A DNA stretch of 36,868 bases from a virus (Duplodnaviria > Caudoviricetes): positions 1-36,868 of IMG/VR virus record IMGVR_UViG_3300012346_000058; one strand, 5' to 3'. This document shows, in pieces, positions 1 to 8,296 of this stretch. The notes under the pieces were generated by a model, which worked only from the letters and a program-made list of their open reading frames with translations, had not been told where the DNA came from and did not search any database. Position numbers and translations under genes: made by a program. How positions within the stretch are numbered: position 1 is the stretch's first letter; each line of letters begins with the position of its first letter.

Positions 1-55
1 ATAGTTCTCCTTCATAACGTCTTAGCCACAAGAGCTGTCCTTGTTCAGTAAAATA
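1..55. repeat. 55-nt terminal overlap (identical to 36814-36868); circular-assembly overlap
   Basis: ATAGTTCTCC...CAGTAAAATA occurs at both ends. It lies inside coding sequence, so it is probably an assembler k-mer overlap rather than a biological DTR. Confidence 0.92.
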
Positions 56-697
56 CTCTGCCGTATGTCCCAATTCTTGATACTTTTCAAAGGATGCTTG
101 AAGAAGTTCTTCTTTAGTCTTCGCGTCTTTAAGAGCTTTTTCAGCCTTCTTCGGGCCAATGCCTTGTAAGCCGGGAATGTTGTCCGTCCTGTCACCTGTA
201 AGCAACTGAACACAAAACGCCTTATAAGCCTCGAATGCGTTAACATAGTACCTCTCATCCTTTACAGGATTGTAATGCCACCCCTGAAGCTGATCCAAAT
301 CTTTATCCACATGAACAATCCAGCACTCATCCAAGAGTGTTGTGGAGTAAATGGCTACGGTATCGTCAGCTTCTTCACCAACTGTCAGGATAGCGTCATG
401 CCTCTTGACTAGATGCTCCCGCAGGGCATTGTAGTGTTTAGGCTTCACAGCATCCTTACGGTTGCCTTTGTATGGCACTGTCTTGGCAATGTCATAACGG
501 TAGTTAGATTTACCCGTGATCCAAGCTTTGTATTCATCAGCCTTGAGATTCACATAGATAAAGTCTTCTAACCACTCCGTTAATCGTGCCTTAGCGATGC
601 CAACTGGCTCATCTTCCGTACTGAAACCAATACGGTAGACAAGAAAGTCAGCATCAACTAATGCAATCTTAGGTTCCTGATTACAGGATGTCGTCAT
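1..697 (-). CDS. 5'-3' exonuclease (T7 gp6/FEN-like), 5' portion; continues across the join to a stop at 36752 (~252 aa)
   Basis: Missing from the ORF track; translated manually: MTTSCNQEPKIALVDADFLVYRIG...YKGNR...EEADD...VDKDLDQL...GDRTDNIPGLQGIGPKKA (FEN acidic motifs plus helix-hairpin-helix). Confidence 0.92.
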   Translation of the reverse strand, partial: MTTSCNQEPKIALVDADFLVYRIGFSTEDEPVGIAKARLTEWLEDFIYVNLKADEYKAWITGKSNYRYDIAKTVPYKGNRKDAVKPKHYNALREHLVKRHDAILTVGEEADDTVAIYSTTLLDECWIVHVDKDLDQLQGWHYNPVKDERYYVNAFEAYKAFCVQLLTGDRTDNIPGLQGIGPKKAEKALKDAKTKEELLQASFEKYQELGHTAEYFTEQGQLLWLRRYEGEL

Positions 698-1097
698 CTT
701 CACCGTCTTCGGCATCAGCACCGTAGACAACCAAGTCAGTCACGATGATCTTGCTGATAGAGGGAGCAGCGCCAAACTTAGCTGACATCTTGTGGCGATA
801 GGAGCCTACCAAAGCAGTCACCTTAGTACCGTTACCGATCTTACCGATGTCAATGGCGTTGCCTTCAGCGTCCATAGGCTCGAACAGGAACTTGGACTTA
901 CCAACAATGTAGTTACCCATTGTGTCCTTGTTCTTGATCACGATACCTTGCTCCTTCAGAGCCTCACAAGCCTTGTCAGAGAGCATACCGATAGTACACT
1001 CATACTTGGTGTTGTCTTCGTTGAACTTGGTGTTGAATTCCTTCATCCAGTTAGCCCAGAAGATTTGACCTGCGATTTTGACTGGTTTGTTGTCCAT
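681..1097 (-). CDS. single-stranded DNA-binding protein (T7 gp2.5-like)
   Basis: Lies between polymerase and exonuclease; has an IGNGTKV motif and an acidic tail DAEDGEDDDIL. Confidence 0.75.
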   Translation of the reverse strand: MDNKPVKIAGQIFWANWMKEFNTKFNEDNTKYECTIGMLSDKACEALKEQGIVIKNKDTMGNYIVGKSKFLFEPMDAEGNAIDIGKIGNGTKVTALVGSYRHKMSAKFGAAPSISKIIVTDLVVYGADAEDGEDDDIL

Positions 1098-1192
1098 TTG
1101 AATTTCCTTTAAATGTTATGAAAGTGCTTGTCTCTCCAAGCTGTCACTGATTGTCTAACCTAGAAGAACCCCATAGCAGTTAAGGCCGTGTT

Positions 1193-1277
1193 TGGTGGGC
1201 CTAACCTGAGTCGAACAGGTACGCTTTTCAGCGGGAGATTTTAAGTCTCCTGTGTCTACCAATTTCACCATAAGCCC
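1193..1277 (-). tRNA. tRNA-Leu (anticodon UAA), CCA encoded
   Basis: Acceptor stem GGGCTTA/TAGGCCC followed by ACCA; D-loop AAATTGGTAG; anticodon arm GGAGA-CTTAAAA-TCTCC; long variable arm CGCT-GAAA-AGCG; T-loop TTCGACT. Confidence 0.95.
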
Positions 1278-1285
1278 ATACATAT

Positions 1286-1313
1286 ATTGTACCACACTTT
1301 CGTGCAATGTCAA
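1286..1313 (-). promoter_or_regulatory. sigma70 promoter for tRNA/SSB
   Basis: TTGACA-16 nt-TACAAT with a TGn extended -10, a few nt upstream of the tRNA. Confidence 0.75.
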
Positions 1314-3022
1314 TGTGTCATACGCCAGTTAGCCCCAATCTTATATTCCCCATCAAGAGGACATCTAAGCTTGTAGAACTCACCTGCCTCAATGATACTC
1401 TGTCTGAAGGCTTTACCAACCTCTTCAGCAATACCTTTAGGACATTCAAGCTGTGCCTCATCGTGAACATTGGCGACATACTTCACAGGCCAGTTGTTAG
1501 CCTTGCGTTTGTCATCAAAGATCACAAGAGCCTTCTTCATCACAACTGCCCCTGCACCTTGGAGTAAGCTATTGAGGGCAGCGTGTTCTGATCTTACCCA
1601 AATACGCCTCCCATCAAGGCCGGGAACCCATCCTTTGGCTGCTTGCTTTCCCACTCGATCCAAGAGCCGAGAGAGGGCTGGTGTTTGCTGGAGGAACTTG
1701 GCTTTGAGCTTTGTTCCATCTCTTGCACTGCCTCCCACAATACTACCAATCTTCGCATCTCCCGCCCCATAGAGGAAGGCGTAGATAAAAGTCTTTGCAT
1801 TATCTCTAGAAGCGAGTCCTGCTGCTCTTTGGTTAACTGTATGAACATCCGTTCCATCTTTAGATGATCCCTCACAGACAGTTCTGACATAGCCTTCATC
1901 CTTCATATAGTGAGCCAACATACGAAGCTCCAGACCTGAAGCATCGCAACCTACCAACACATTGCCATTCTCAACTGACCAGCATTCACGGCACTCAGGC
2001 CCATAGATGGAACCTGCATTGGGAATCTGAGCCATGTTAGGACTGCTATGGGTCATCCGACCTGTCACAGCACCATTGGTGATCACCCTGCCGTGTACCC
2101 TGCCATCTTTACCAACAGCCTCAAGCCATGACTCAATCTGGCTAACTCGCTTGTTAAGCATCAGGTACTCAGCAATGACCTGAGCCTCTGGTATCTTAAC
2201 ACCTGCCAACACAGTTTCATCAATCTTAGGAATACCTGTCTCGGTAAACTCCTTAGGCTTCCAGCCTAGCTCCTTTAGTCGCTCTCCGATTTGCTGTCTA
2301 CTTCCGGGGTTGAAAGTAACCACGCTGTCCTTGAGTCGCTTTCCTGTCTTGTCAGAGTATCGCTCAAGAGTGACAGGAGGCCATCTCTGTTGCATTCGCT
2401 CATATATTCCTGCCACTTTTGACTTGATGTCAGCAAGTAGCACTTGGGTGTATGGTTGATCAAGTTTGAATCCATTACGTTCTTGCTCCGCTATGATGTC
2501 TGCTACTCTGTGTTCGAGGTCGATACTCTCTTGGCTAAACTGCTTCTCAGCCACGTCACTGTTAAGCCGATGATACAGCTTACAAGTAACTTCAACGTCC
2601 CTAACGCAGTAATGCTCAAGAAGACTATCAATAGGGCTGTCAAAACACTCTCCATCGTACTCTTCCTTTCTGTTCATCATCCACCGCCACACAGCAGCAT
2701 AGTCAATCTTGTGGAAACCCAGAGTGTTGCCCCATGCTTCGAGGGTGTGTCCGTTCTCTCGGCTCGGGTCGAGAAGCCTGCTTACTATCAATGTATCGGA
2801 CAGTTGATTCAAGCTGATCTTCGTCTGCCATAAGCGATTCAAGACTGGTACATCGAATCCGATGACGTTGTGCCCGATGATCAATGACACGCCCTTTAAA
2901 TACTCCAACAGGGGACTTGCTGCTTTCCATTTACGTACTTCTCCAGTGTCAATGTCTTTAGTCACGACTAGGTGTATCTTGTCGTGTGCTAGGTTTGTTT
3001 CGATGTCGAGAACTATTCTCAT
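1310..3022 (-). CDS. DNA polymerase family A, T7-like, with 3'-5' exonuclease domain
   Basis: ExoI DIET, GHNVIGFD, motif A DASGLELR, motif B RDNAKTFIYAFLYG, motif C VHDE. Confidence 0.97.
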   Translation of the reverse strand: MRIVLDIETNLAHDKIHLVVTKDIDTGEVRKWKAASPLLEYLKGVSLIIGHNVIGFDVPVLNRLWQTKISLNQLSDTLIVSRLLDPSRENGHTLEAWGNTLGFHKIDYAAVWRWMMNRKEEYDGECFDSPIDSLLEHYCVRDVEVTCKLYHRLNSDVAEKQFSQESIDLEHRVADIIAEQERNGFKLDQPYTQVLLADIKSKVAGIYERMQQRWPPVTLERYSDKTGKRLKDSVVTFNPGSRQQIGERLKELGWKPKEFTETGIPKIDETVLAGVKIPEAQVIAEYLMLNKRVSQIESWLEAVGKDGRVHGRVITNGAVTGRMTHSSPNMAQIPNAGSIYGPECRECWSVENGNVLVGCDASGLELRMLAHYMKDEGYVRTVCEGSSKDGTDVHTVNQRAAGLASRDNAKTFIYAFLYGAGDAKIGSIVGGSARDGTKLKAKFLQQTPALSRLLDRVGKQAAKGWVPGLDGRRIWVRSEHAALNSLLQGAGAVVMKKALVIFDDKRKANNWPVKYVANVHDEAQLECPKGIAEEVGKAFRQSIIEAGEFYKLRCPLDGEYKIGANWRMTH

Positions 3023-3194
3023 CTGTTTCTTCCAAAGGGCTAAAGTAAAAACATCCTTCTACTTGTCGAGGAGACTCGGAGAAGTATGCTTGTCTATACT
3101 CACTAGGTTTAGCCTGCGCGCGATAGCACTTGTCAAACTGAGGACAGGAATAGTCGTTACACATACTAATGTCAGGCATGATCTTCCTCCTCAT
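2958..3194 (-). CDS. small Cys-rich hypothetical protein (probable start 3179)
   Basis: MPDISMCNDYSCPQFDKCYR...C pattern; sits in the operon chain. Confidence 0.6.
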   Translation of the reverse strand: MRRKIMPDISMCNDYSCPQFDKCYRAQAKPSEYRQAYFSESPRQVEGCFYFSPLEETDENSSRHRNKPSTRQDTPSRD

Positions 3195-3346
3195 TTGATA
3201 TTAAGCCACAATCCAACCTGAGCAAAGGCATACCCTGTCCAGATCATCCCGTTAGAGATCTCTCCCTTGCTCCATTGTAGCACACCTACCACCAAGTAAC
3301 CTACCCCGGTGGCTCCTACGATTAAGTGTTCAATGGTCATTCTCAT
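3191..3346 (-). CDS. small two-TM membrane protein
   Basis: Two hydrophobic segments (LIVGATGVGYLVVGVL; MIWTGYAFAQVGLWL). Confidence 0.6.
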   Translation of the reverse strand: MRMTIEHLIVGATGVGYLVVGVLQWSKGEISNGMIWTGYAFAQVGLWLNIK

Positions 3347-3491
3347 CTTTCTTCTCAGATTCCTCTTTAACAGGCTCTTCTTCCTTAGGTTTGTCCCGCT
3401 GGAAGATAGCATCCCATCGGTTTGCATACTCCTCGTTACTCACTTGTCGTGGGCGGCTACTTGAGCCTTTCCCTCCATGCCATGCTGTCAT
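3330..3491 (-). CDS. 53-aa hypothetical protein (not in ORF track)
   Basis: MTAWHGGKGSSSRPRQVSNEEYANRWDAIF...; its start overlaps the upstream stop (ATGA). Confidence 0.6.
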   Translation of the reverse strand: MTAWHGGKGSSSRPRQVSNEEYANRWDAIFQRDKPKEEEPVKEESEKKDENDH

Positions 3492-3736
3492 GTGTTCCCC
3501 CTTGCTCGAATGTATTCAACCGCCAACTTTGGTGTAAACCCACACATTAAGCAGCCCCCTTGATCATTCTGTGCAAAAGGCATCAAGGGTGGTGCATTTT
3601 CAATCATTTGAGCTATTTGCTCACGCTCATGCGCTGCGACAATTACAGCAAACTCAAAAAGTTTTGCCATTATAACCGGCGAAATAAGACTATCAGGCCA
3701 CCCCGCTTCACGAGCCATTTCAATCGTGTCTCTCAT
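3488..3736 (-). CDS. hypothetical protein, paralog of 5927-6133
   Basis: MRDTIEMAREAG...HERE...IRARGNT. Confidence 0.7.
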   Translation of the reverse strand: MRDTIEMAREAGWPDSLISPVIMAKLFEFAVIVAAHEREQIAQMIENAPPLMPFAQNDQGGCLMCGFTPKLAVEYIRARGNT

Positions 3737-3757
3737 AACACTTCCTTTCCATTCGGT

Positions 3758-5374
3758 TCAAAGAACCTCATCCTCAACTTCGACCATACGCCCTGTATAG
3801 CCATTGTATTGTAACTTACAAGCAGGGCCAGTCTCCCCGTTGTACCGATTCTTAGCCACTGCAATCTTGGTCAAGTGTCGCTCATCCTCGTTCTCAGCCA
3901 TGCTATTGCGCTCCAGCGTGATCACAGCATCGCTCAACTGTGCAATGGCTCCTGAGCCTCGCAACTGAGACAGAGACACACTACCACCATCCTCGTGACC
4001 TTGGTTACCCTGCGGTCTCTTCAGGTGACTCACACAGATCAGCGTGATGTTCAGCTCCTGTACCAGTGTACGCAGCTTGGTCATCATGTTATCAATAGCC
4101 TTTCGCTCATCTCCTAGATCTTGACCAGAAACCACAATAGATATGTGATCCAAGAAGATAACTCTACAATCACACGCTTTTGCCATATAACGGATTCTAT
4201 TTGATATGTTGTCAACGTCACTGCTACCAAAATGGTCAAACAGATAAATCCTATTAGATCCCAAGGTAGCATCAAAAGCCTCCTTCAATTCCTGTTCATT
4301 GGTCGGTGTATCAGGCAGGTGCAACAGCTTGTTAGCGTGTAGCGACATGATACTTCGGGCTGTCTTACGAGTAGATTCCTCAAGGAACAATCCACCGATA
4401 TTCCAGCTAGTTGTCTTCAACAGATTAAACAGAATCTCTCGAAGGAACTGACTCTTACCTAAGCCACTGCCTGCGGTAACCGTAATCAACTCAGCAGGTC
4501 GGATGCCGTACAAGAGCTTATTCAAGCCCTTCCAAGGGTACTGTGCCTCTGCAATCGGCTCTGGCTTGGAGATTTCCTCCCAGAGATCAGCAGCGTTAAC
4601 AATACCATCAGGCACATAGGGACTAGCCCTCCACCAAGCATTCACAAACTCCTTGGTAGCTCCTGCGATCAGGTACTCACAAGCATCCTTATAGCCATCC
4701 TTGTACTGCATGATCTTGGCTTTGTTACCGAACAGTTCAGCAACTTCCTTAGCAGCCTTCTTCCCCGGCTCATCACCATCGAAGCAGATGACCACAGACT
4801 CGAAGCTGTTGATCCACTCGTACTGTGCTTTACAGTCCTTCAAAGCAGCCTGAGCACCGTTACGGATACTCACTGTAGGGTATAGAGACCCTTGCATCTG
4901 GAAAGCTGCGAGAGCGTCCAACTCTCCCTCTGTGATGGTGATGGCTTTTCCTCCGGCGTGAAAGAGAGACTGACCGAATAGCGTTGCTCCTTTGAAGTCT
5001 CCTGTAATTGAGAAGCTTTTATCAGGCACAGAACGCTGTTTAACAGCCACTCTAACTCCGTCTGAGTCAGTGTAAGGGTAATATTGTTTGTCTCCATCGG
5101 TCGTTACTCCATACTTCTCACAGGTTGCCTGACTGATTCCTCGGTCAGGGATTGATCTAACATTACCCTTGATCGTTAACATTGGTGTTGTTATATTAGT
5201 CACTTTTATGTTACTTACCTTGTTGTGCCTCGTGGCGTGTCTGTCTTCAGCTTCATGCTCGTGCTCTGTGGTGTTACAGGCAAAGCAGTGTGTATGACCA
5301 TCGTCATAGAGCGAGTTCGCATCAGTGCTTCCACAGTGCTCACAGGCGATATGTCGTAGGAATTTACTAGCCAC
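3758..5374 (-). CDS. DNA primase-helicase (T7 gp4/Twinkle type)
   Basis: Zn finger CEHC...HCFAC, TOPRIM TEGELDA and FDGDEPG, Walker A AGSGLGKS, FLDHISI, LRGSGAIAQLSD, KNR. Confidence 0.97.
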   Translation of the reverse strand: MASKFLRHIACEHCGSTDANSLYDDGHTHCFACNTTEHEHEAEDRHATRHNKVSNIKVTNITTPMLTIKGNVRSIPDRGISQATCEKYGVTTDGDKQYYPYTDSDGVRVAVKQRSVPDKSFSITGDFKGATLFGQSLFHAGGKAITITEGELDALAAFQMQGSLYPTVSIRNGAQAALKDCKAQYEWINSFESVVICFDGDEPGKKAAKEVAELFGNKAKIMQYKDGYKDACEYLIAGATKEFVNAWWRASPYVPDGIVNAADLWEEISKPEPIAEAQYPWKGLNKLLYGIRPAELITVTAGSGLGKSQFLREILFNLLKTTSWNIGGLFLEESTRKTARSIMSLHANKLLHLPDTPTNEQELKEAFDATLGSNRIYLFDHFGSSDVDNISNRIRYMAKACDCRVIFLDHISIVVSGQDLGDERKAIDNMMTKLRTLVQELNITLICVSHLKRPQGNQGHEDGGSVSLSQLRGSGAIAQLSDAVITLERNSMAENEDERHLTKIAVAKNRYNGETGPACKLQYNGYTGRMVEVEDEVL

Positions 5375-5930
5375 TATTCTTCTCCTTTAGTTTGGCTTCG
5401 ATGGCTCGGGCATCTTGACGCGCACCAATGGAGCCGACAAAGCCGATAGCCAAATCAATTTCCTCATCAGTCAGCCCAACCCATTTACGTTCCTCCGGAA
5501 CTGGCCGCTGTGCTGCGGGTGGGGTGGGTGCAGCGTCAAGCAAACAATTCCACGCCTGCTCGATAGAACATCCTTTGCCGTCATAGTTGCCTGCCGCGCA
5601 TTGATCGTCCAGCTTGTTCACTGCCGTCCACATCTCCCTTGTCGGCTCCATAGGAACCAGCTTCCACCCCTCAAGCGCAGGTGCTGAACGGGCTTGCTTG
5701 ATGGCGGTGATGGCTTTGTCTACTCCATCAATCCAATGCCACTGGCCTTCAATGATGTGAGCATCCTCAATAAAGTTTTGGAAGCTCTTCAACGCTTCCA
5801 GCGCCAAGGCCAATGCTTCGTCTTTTGTGTGTTCTTCTTTCACCATCACGCCACCCCGCTCAATCAGGCTTGTGCGTTCTTCTGGAGTCAAAGGGTAGCC
5901 ACAAGTGCCGCAGTTGATTAAGTTTTTCAT
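5367..5930 (-). CDS. modular hypothetical protein
   Basis: CxxC N-terminus, then KDEALALALEAL, GWKLVPMEPTREM and WVGLTDEEI...ARAIEAKLKEKN blocks; ATG at 5930 overlaps the upstream stop. Confidence 0.7.
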   Translation of the reverse strand: MKNLINCGTCGYPLTPEERTSLIERGGVMVKEEHTKDEALALALEALKSFQNFIEDAHIIEGQWHWIDGVDKAITAIKQARSAPALEGWKLVPMEPTREMWTAVNKLDDQCAAGNYDGKGCSIEQAWNCLLDAAPTPPAAQRPVPEERKWVGLTDEEIDLAIGFVGSIGARQDARAIEAKLKEKNSG

Positions 5931-6133
5931 ATGTTTTCCCTTGCTCGAATGGCGTTGGCGATTGGGTCGCACATAACATAGCGATCAGCCACTTTCGCAC
6001 ACGCCTCACGCTCATCAGCACGGACAAGGGCTTCAAAGGCTTTGATGCCTTGCATAACATTGTCATGAGGCATCAAATAAGGACTGTCCACAATAAGTCC
6101 AGCCTCACGGGCCATGTCTATCGTGTCTCTCAT
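5927..6133 (-). CDS. hypothetical protein, paralog of 3488-3736
   Basis: MRDTIDMAREAG...DEREACAK...AIRARENI. Confidence 0.7.
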   Translation of the reverse strand: MRDTIDMAREAGLIVDSPYLMPHDNVMQGIKAFEALVRADEREACAKVADRYVMCDPIANAIRARENI

Positions 6134-6142
6134 GTCAACCCC

Positions 6143-6364
6143 TTAATGATCTCTAAAGGCCGCTTTAGCCTCACTCTCAAGCGCATCTAACTGCTCCTGA
6201 GACAGCAGACAAGTAATGTCTGTGCATTCGTAGTAGACAGCATCCAGACAAGTGAGCCAATCAGTCCCATCTTCGGCTAGGAATTCATCTACTTCAAGGT
6301 AGACAACCACCTCACCTTTGTTGAGTTTTGCATGGTGTGCGAATTCAAAAGTATTAGTCTTCAT
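6143..6364 (-). CDS. hypothetical protein
   Basis: Acidic 73-aa ORF in the coupled chain. Confidence 0.6.
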   Translation of the reverse strand: MKTNTFEFAHHAKLNKGEVVVYLEVDEFLAEDGTDWLTCLDAVYYECTDITCLLSQEQLDALESEAKAAFRDH

Positions 6365-6684
6365 TTCTTGTGTTCCTTAGCTGCCATAAGACATTTATCG
6401 ATAGCCGGGATATTATCATAGTCACTAGGACTATGGTAAGTACTTCGTGCGCTTCCTGCTCCCCATTCCCTAGCTAATTTTAGTCCTACCTGTGCCCATT
6501 CATTGGTGGATAAGACAGCTTTTGTAATGAGCCAAACAATCCAGACAAAACAGGCCATGCCGCTAAGTGAAAGAATTAAACTACCCCCGTAGTTAAAGAC
6601 AAAATACCAGATAGCAACACTCTTGGCATCATCTGTAACAGTAGCTACAGTTTCAAGTACAAGTTTAAGTTCTTCAATGTTCAT
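6361..6684 (-). CDS. hypothetical membrane protein
   Basis: Hydrophobic core VAIWYFVF...FVWIVWLI; ATGA overlaps at both ends. Confidence 0.6.
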   Translation of the reverse strand: MNIEELKLVLETVATVTDDAKSVAIWYFVFNYGGSLILSLSGMACFVWIVWLITKAVLSTNEWAQVGLKLAREWGAGSARSTYHSPSDYDNIPAIDKCLMAAKEHKK

Positions 6685-6737
6685 TTAAGTACCACCCTAA
6701 TAAGTGTTAAGACACCCACAAACAGAGAGACAATCAT
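6681..6737 (-). CDS. 18-aa hydrophobic micro-peptide (not in track)
   Basis: MIVSLFVGVLTLIRVVLK; exact ATGA overlaps with both neighbours. Confidence 0.45.
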   Translation of the reverse strand: MIVSLFVGVLTLIRVVLK

Positions 6738-6904
6738 GCTTTGTTCTCCATCCGTTCAACTGCACATTGTATGTCGTACATGATCTTATCGTAGCCATTG
6801 GCACGGATAAGACTAGCCACATCATCCATCACGGAATGATACCAACATTCAAACTGTAAGACATCATCCTCAATGTTCATCATGTCAATAGCTACTTCAC
6901 TCAT
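6734..6904 (-). CDS. 56-aa acidic hypothetical protein (not in track)
   Basis: MSEVAIDMMNIEDDVLQFECWYHS...; preceded by GAGGTG RBS. Confidence 0.6.
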   Translation of the reverse strand: MSEVAIDMMNIEDDVLQFECWYHSVMDDVASLIRANGYDKIMYDIQCAVERMENKA

Positions 6905-7021
6905 TCCAACACCTCATATATAGACTTTAAAGGACTATAGAGTAAAGACATACAATGTATAACTTACTAAGTAACTGTTAGTAGGTTAACATCTATGAAA
7001 TGTCTTAGTGTCTATATAGAA

Positions 7022-7049
7022 ATTATACCACTGGTTGTTCAACTGTCAA
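7022..7049 (-). promoter_or_regulatory. sigma70 promoter for the replication operon
   Basis: TTGACA-16 nt-TATAAT with a TGn extended -10. Confidence 0.8.
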
Positions 7050-7291
7050 TGGTCATCATCGTTTAAGTTGTAACAATTTGTAACAGAGCTACTCACAGCC
7101 TCAATGTCCACAGTGTCGTCTGTCTCCTCAAACGGGTCAGCATCTGACACCATACCAGCAGGGGACTTTGTAGGCAATCCCGGTATTTCCTTCAAACATC
7201 CATCACAGATGTCTAAGAATTCATTGGTCAAGGCATGGCGGCGAACAGCCTCATGGTCTTTCAGATTCTTGTCACACACGATACAGTGCAT
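7046..7291 (-). CDS. small Zn-finger hypothetical protein
   Basis: CIVC...CDGC with an acidic tail; AAGGAG RBS. Confidence 0.7.
   Translation of the reverse strand: MHCIVCDKNLKDHEAVRRHALTNEFLDICDGCLKEIPGLPTKSPAGMVSDADPFEETDDTVDIEAVSSSVTNCYNLNDDDH
7069..7085. promoter_or_regulatory. direct-repeat TF site TGTAACA-ATT-TGTAACA (OmpR/PhoB-family-like)
   Basis: 10-bp-period direct repeat, identical to 10105-10121. Confidence 0.55.
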
Positions 7292-7391
7292 TATTTACTC
7301 CTTTGGCTATGTAGCCCTTGGTTGGTTGGTTAGAGGCCCTTCTAGGCCCCTTAAAAGCCCTCACAGATGCTTTCGTGAAGGTAGGATTAGA

Positions 7392-7478
7392 TCAATAAGC
7401 CATCGAATCATAGTACCACGCTAAAATGTAGGCACAGGCGACCATGCACAAGACAATCCAATGGTTAGGCTTAGGCAT
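7392..7478 (-). CDS. 28-aa single-TM peptide (not in track)
   Basis: MPKPNHWIVLCMVACAYILAWYYDSMAY; overlaps the upstream stop; GGAGG RBS. Confidence 0.4.
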   Translation of the reverse strand: MPKPNHWIVLCMVACAYILAWYYDSMAY

Positions 7479-7692
7479 TTTCTGCCTCCAATCTTACCAT
7501 ATCCTCGATGTCTAAGACAAGTTGATAATCCACGATGTCTCTCATGTCCGGAGGGTTATCGTCCCTGTATCCTTCAAGATAGAGGTCAGTGCATCGAACG
7601 ATCAAGGGCAGGGACTCAATAGACTGTATCTCACATAGTCCATACCATTCACAGCCCCTTAGTTTGTAACTAAATTGTTTTATCTTTGTCAT
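7471..7692 (-). CDS. early hypothetical protein
   Basis: ORF in the coupled early chain. Confidence 0.6.
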   Translation of the reverse strand: MTKIKQFSYKLRGCEWYGLCEIQSIESLPLIVRCTDLYLEGYRDDNPPDMRDIVDYQLVLDIEDMVRLEAENA

Positions 7693-7894
7693 TGTCAACC
7701 TTTAATGCGTAAGCATATTTAAATTTACCATCCATTGGTTTAGTGTTTTCAACCTTTAAGACAGCGCCTTCAGGCCTGACCCAAGTCTTTACAAAGACGG
7801 AATCGCCTATTTGTACGCCCTTAGATGACCTGAAACTGTAAACTTTATCGTTAGGCTTAAACCTTACTTCGACAAGATGTTCAAAATCAAGCAT
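7670..7894 (-). CDS. early hypothetical protein (small beta-barrel-like)
   Basis: VEVRF..KVYSF...IGDSVFV pattern. Confidence 0.6.
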   Translation of the reverse strand: MLDFEHLVEVRFKPNDKVYSFRSSKGVQIGDSVFVKTWVRPEGAVLKVENTKPMDGKFKYAYALKVDNDKDKTI

Positions 7895-8016
7895 AGCGGT
7901 GCATCCTCATGGTTTGAAGGGTTAAATTTAGGGCGTTTGTGCCCCGTGTCCAATGGATTAGGGAAGGCAGGGAAGGGCCATTGTGTAGGGTTTAGGGTGT
8001 CAATAGACAATTTCAT
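7864..8016 (-). CDS. 50-aa Pro-rich hypothetical protein (not in track)
   Basis: MKLSIDTLNPTQWPFPAFPNP...EDAPL; fills the gap between neighbours. Confidence 0.45.
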   Translation of the reverse strand: MKLSIDTLNPTQWPFPAFPNPLDTGHKRPKFNPSNHEDAPLCLILNILSK

Positions 8017-8296
8017 CTCCTAAGGCTTTATCTATAGCCCGATAAGCGTGAAAAAATGCTAGGTCAGGGTCACAAGCCCCATCCACTTTCCAATCACGCG
8101 CTTTAATGGCCGCTTTAGTCACTTCAAGCAGGCCCTGTAAGGCTTCAAGTAATGAGGGTGCTGCGGCAATCAGGCAGGCATCGGCCTCAGACTGAATACA
8201 CTTGGCTATGTCAGGCCGTAAGTCACCATTCGCTATAAAGAAACCTTCGTTTTCACGCCCACATTGCCACAGGCCTTTTGTATAAGTATTCATCAT
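8000..8296 (-). CDS. early hypothetical protein
   Basis: YTKGLW...ADACLIAAAPSLLEAL, a motif common in small phage proteins. Confidence 0.7.
   Translation of the reverse strand: MMNTYTKGLWQCGRENEGFFIANGDLRPDIAKCIQSEADACLIAAAPSLLEALQGLLEVTKAAIKARDWKVDGACDPDLAFFHAYRAIDKALGDEIVY

Noticed and set aside
22-258. 78-aa basic ORF in the track
   Set aside because: It is an alternative frame inside the exonuclease gene, which the track missed because that gene crosses the window edge.
303-311. Isolated perfect DnaA box TTATCCACA
   Set aside because: It is a single copy explained by the conserved H-V-D-K codons of the exonuclease.
1193-1277. tRNA as an attP or prophage boundary
   Set aside because: No integrase, no duplicated tRNA 3' end and no host genes in the window.
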